DNA from: Eutreptiella sp. 'Long Island Sound 2002'
Taxonomy: Eukaryota; Protista; Euglenida
Length of the DNA stretch: 64,000 nucleotides
Reading direction: 5' to 3'
NCBI GenBank assembly: GCA_964036045.1
Contig: OZ038379.1
Span: 8,494,001 to 8,558,000, forward strand
Shown here: positions 59,837-64,000 of the stretch, in pieces
Position numbering within the stretch: the first letter of the stretch is position 1
Layout of the letters: every line of letters begins with the position of its first letter
The notes under the pieces: model-generated
What the model was told of the DNA's origin: nothing
Seen by the model: the letters and a program-made list of their open reading frames with translations, nothing else
Database searches by the model: none
Made by a program: the position numbers and the translations under genes

Positions 59837-62800
59837 AAAACAGGTTTCCATGTACACATTTTTAATGCATCCCCATCCCAATTTGCGAGAACAATGGCCT
59901 TATCAAAACAACACGAGGTGTTGCTTCCGCAACTTTTGGAGCCATGCGACTGGGCGGTTCCATACGGACGACGTCGACATCCAGGCAGTTCACGGGTTCG
60001 TGCACTGCCTCTTCGGTATGGGACTGGCCGTCTTGGCGCTGCGGATTGCAATACAAGGCGGAGACGGCCGAGGAGGGGGACCAGGGGGACCAGCGGCACA
60101 CCAGACTTATGCCCCGGCTGCCCAGGGGCTGGAAGTGGGACCAGCAACTGGCTACTGACATCGTGCGTTGGGCACCGGATCTACAGTGGATGGCGGGCGA
60201 GGTCACTTTTGCACAGCTTGTTGTGTACTTCAAGCTAACGGGGGAGCGCGAGCGCACCGGGCGCGTGCCGGGCATCTTTTTTGACCCGTGCCCCACCTGT
60301 GACCTTTCAGGGGGTGCACTAATGGGCGCACTTAGCGCAGTGCAACTATGTGGGTGGCTAGCCGTACTAAAGACCCATACTTCAAGATACTAGGGGCATC
60401 GGTTTTGACTTCTGATTTTGTCCCCCTTTGTTTGGGGATCCCTGAGAATGAAGGGGTGACGTAGCATTTCCGCCCTGGTTTGGGCCCCCACGAAGGCAAG
60501 AATGAGGCAGCCAATTCTGATTTTGTCCCCTTTTGTTTGGGGATCCCCAACAATGTAGGGGTGACGTAGCATTTCCGCCCTCCTTTGGGCTGCCACGCAA
60601 GATGAGGCAGAGGATGAGGCAGAAGTGTGTGTGTTGTGTTGTCAGAAGTGCTCCACCGTCACATTTTGTGATGAGTGTAAGGAGCACTATTGTACTCAAT
60701 GTATTGACACCCACACTTGTGGGAGCAATGTTGTTTGTTAAGTACAATACAATGACAGTTACAGTGGTTGAATTCACAGCTATTGCTTTATTATGCAACG
60801 TGCTTTGTAGGGAAAGTGTGCAGTGCAACGTGGTCTACTCGGGGGGCTTATCCATGAGAGGGTAAATCTAGGGCTAAAGTTGGGACAGTTAATAGAAAAG
60901 TAGTGCGCCGGGCGTGCGCCACGCAAACACCCCCCCAACGGCGCGGCGGGCGCTCCCTGCCCGCCCTGAGCACTCACTGCACATGACAATGCTCCCAATG
61001 CAGGAGGGGCGGCCATGCTATGGCAAGCCGTCACGATGCTGCAGCCCCACATGCTGGCGGAGGAGATCTTGCCGGCCAAGGAGATGCCGCGGTGCAAAGC
61101 CCTCATACCGCTCGGAGGCCGAGCCAACTTGCGGGTTGCAGGGCGGCGGTATTTTGTGTCGCGGGGCCAGATGCTCCAGCAGTTGGAGCACCTGGCGACG
61201 CACTGTGTCACACTTTGGCAGTGTAGATTGCAGTGTCCGCTGCACGCGTCGCCTCCGTGAGATCTTGTCAGCGAGTTCTATCCCCGACCAACGAGTGGGG
61301 TTGTGCCGCTTAGGTCCCACGGCGGCCGCACTACCATATGGTGCCCATCGGCCTGCGATGGTGATGGTCTAGCAGAACCGGCGATGGCGGCCAGCGGCAG
61401 ACGGGGGCAAGGCAAGGGACGCAGATCCACAGGCAGTCCATGTTCCGTGCACGGGGCGCCCTCATGTCGGCGATGCTTGGAGCAGCGGCACGGGGTGGCG
61501 AATTGCTACAAGGGGGCACCTCGCAGGCAATACGTTTCACGGCCCGGCATGCGGAAAGTAGCACAGACAGACTTGGTTGGAGCAGCGAGAGGCATGCACG
61601 GGTGGGTGCGGCGGCCTGGGCCCGAGAGCGACAAGGACAGTGAGGTGGGGGTCAGCCCGCGCAAGGTAGCTAGGGCCCCTCGGGAAGCCATTGGGGGGGG
61701 ACAAGCGGCCTGTCCCGCGGGGGCTGTCAGGAGAGGCTTCGCCCGCAAAGACAAAGCAGGCAAGAAGGGGGGGGGGGGGGGGGCTGCACCGCCCCCCCCA
61801 AGAGGCAGAGGAGAACGAGCCCCCAAAGGAGCCCCCCGCCCCACAGCCAGCGATTGGCACCATGCCACCACCACCCACCCCACCCCACCCTCCGGAAAGG
61901 GGGGAGGGGGGAGGGGCAGTGGAGGGACCAGACCGTAGGGCAGGTCAACGACTAGACCAACGATGGCAACCTCGAGCTCTCCGGCGCCGCCGAAACGTAT
62001 GGCGGCAAGGGGACTATTCGCACTGAGAGTAACCACGGGACGAGCACCGACAGTGGGGTCGGGCCCAGACATGGCGTCATCGCACCAGGGAGGGCACACA
62101 GGCCCTGGCACGGGCCACGGAAGGGCTAGCAAGGAAGAGACGTAAGCCTTTGGCGAGGGTCCTTCCCTCGCAACGTGTACACAAGGGGGGAGGCGTAGGG
62201 AGGAGGCCCGGCAGCCCAGCCCCATCATGCCTCTAAGCTGACACTCGTATGCACAGCGTGCAGGACCTTAATCGGCTACTTTGTTGCCGCAACTTTTGGA
62301 ACCATGCAATTTGACGGTTCCATATTGTGGTTGTCCGTCCCAATTTTTTTCTGTGGTTTGGGCTGATGATTGTGTTTTGTGGATGCTGATTACTGTCCTG
62401 CCACTTGTTGCCATGTGTCTGGTTGTCTCGGCATGCAAATCAGAACAACAAGAGGCGTGATCCCCTCAATGTTCAGTGCTTTTACGATTATTCTCACAAG
62501 AGGGGGAGGGGGTAACATGTTGAGGCATTGGCAGTTTGGCGGATGACACATGAGCAGGGGCTCTCTGGGTGAAGCACTGCGGCTGCCTCTGTCCCTGGGG
62601 TATGGACTGCAACAGGACTCAGCAGCAGCATTTTCAGAACACTTCATGCCCTGGCGCCGTCCTGCTCTGATTGTTGAATTTACTGTGCAGTCCCATCTCA
62701 AGGCAATTCCCTCCGACCTGCGGCTCTAAAAACCCAGATCAGCACGCACACTGGGAAGTACAAATGGGCACACTTACTCAGCTTCAGCTTCAATTGCACC

Positions 62801-62953
62801 CTTCGCCACGCCACCACTGCCATGTTTTGACGCCAATTGACGCCGCCGGCTCACAGGACAGCAGCATGATTGCAATGCTTTGTGCTCGCACTACGTTGCA
62901 CTCCTCAGCTAATTGCTGACTCGCCCATGCGCAGTCCTCTGTGCACACGTCAG

Positions 62954-63632
62954 GGTTTTATGCTATGGCACCCGCAAGAAGGCGATCTGATGAGGCTGAG
63001 CGTTTGGAATGGCTCCGAAAGGCGGCCATTCTTGATACGCCTCAGGAGAAGGAGTACGATGACATTACGCAGATGTTGTGTCGGATCTCGGGCTTCCCCA
63101 TGGCCCTTGTTTCCCTGGTGGATGACACCCGGCAGTGGTTCAAGGCCAGAACTGGCCTGAAAGTGCCTGAGACCAGCCGTGTGGTGTCGTTCTGTGACCA
63201 TGTTGTCGAAAACAGAAAGCCACTTATTGTCCTCAATGCTGAAGCCCACCCCTCTTTCTGCGACAATCCCCTTGTGACCGGGGAACTGGGAATTCGGTGC
63301 TACATTGGGTATCCCATTATTCCTTCAAGTACGACGCATTGCTTTGGGTCGCTATGTTGCATTGACACGATCGCGCATGAGTCCATCTCTGAGAACCTAC
63401 TGGAGAACACAGGTGCCCTTGCCAATATCGTCAGTGCTTTGATTGACCGGAACCTGAAAGCCAGCCTCTTCGTTGCCAAGATCAGCCATGAGTTACGTAC
63501 TCCACTACATGGCGTCCTGGGCTTTGCTTCCCTGCTGAAGCAGTCGCTCACCAGCGACCAAGCCATCAAGACGAAGTCTGATCAAGTGGGTTACGTTGAC
63601 AACATTGCTGCCTGTGCGGACGGAAATCTACG
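62954..63632 (+). CDS. Sensor histidine kinase exon: GAF domain + HisKA H-box (rest of gene outside the window or unresolved)
   Basis: EAERLEWL...ILDTPQEKEYDDIT...ALVSLVDDTRQWFKA...SFCDHV...DNPLVTGELGIRCYIGYPI...GSLCCID, then FVAKISHELRTPLHGVLGF. AG at 62952-53 and GT at 63633-34. Confidence 0.92.
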
Positions 63633-64000
63633 GTACCCTCACCCTATCTGCAGCCCTTTTGATTTCCCTTACCTCCTTCCATCCTCCCAACCCTTTGCAG
63701 CCTCTTTTGCATGAGAGGTGTCCTGGGAATGATTGTGCTGATGGCAGTGAAGTGTTAAGCCCTCACCCCTGTTGGCTGAGGGTTCCGGGTATGTCGGCTT
63801 TGGCTTGTGCATGGTAGCCCTAGTTGAGAGGACCTTTCTTTCGTTCAGCCTTGAGCGGGCGGGGGGGGAGGGGGGGCATGTTGCCTTTTTCAAACCTCAA
63901 TCCCCACACAAGCGGTTGGCACAATTTCGTCCAGCGGCAGGAAAGTGGTGGCCGACACACACGTGCCATTCCCAGCTGTCAACCCTCATGTTTGTGCTTG

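Overview
Eukaryotic, repeat-saturated window with GT-AG introns and very frequent poly-G/C runs. The element types point to a euglenozoan, probably euglenid-like, host; this is inference, not proven. Only two host-like signalling genes are visible. One is a response-regulator (REC) exon with probable downstream exons, present twice in a ~6.7-kb inverted duplication centred on a 200-N gap and a higher-order ~190-bp satellite. The other is a GAF + HisKA histidine-kinase exon at the right edge. The rest is a nested mobile-element landscape. It holds three decayed tyrosine-recombinase retroelements with the VIPER-like order gag-YR-RT-RNaseH (two subfamilies) and RNase H-bearing LINE fragments with (CCCAA)n tails that land on C/G runs. 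It also holds a poly(A) LINE fragment, LINE ORF1/APE 5' fragments, CWG-duplicating TIR elements (one carrying a spliced three-exon ORF and a tRNA-like sequence), hAT remnants and a MITE, and a Ulp1-like protease remnant. Structural features include a tandem duplication with a microhomology junction and a 2-kb foldback carrying a recurrent 24-bp palindrome. All family calls are by-eye motif recognition; no database searches were run. Many frameshifts sit in homopolymer runs and may be sequencing errors.
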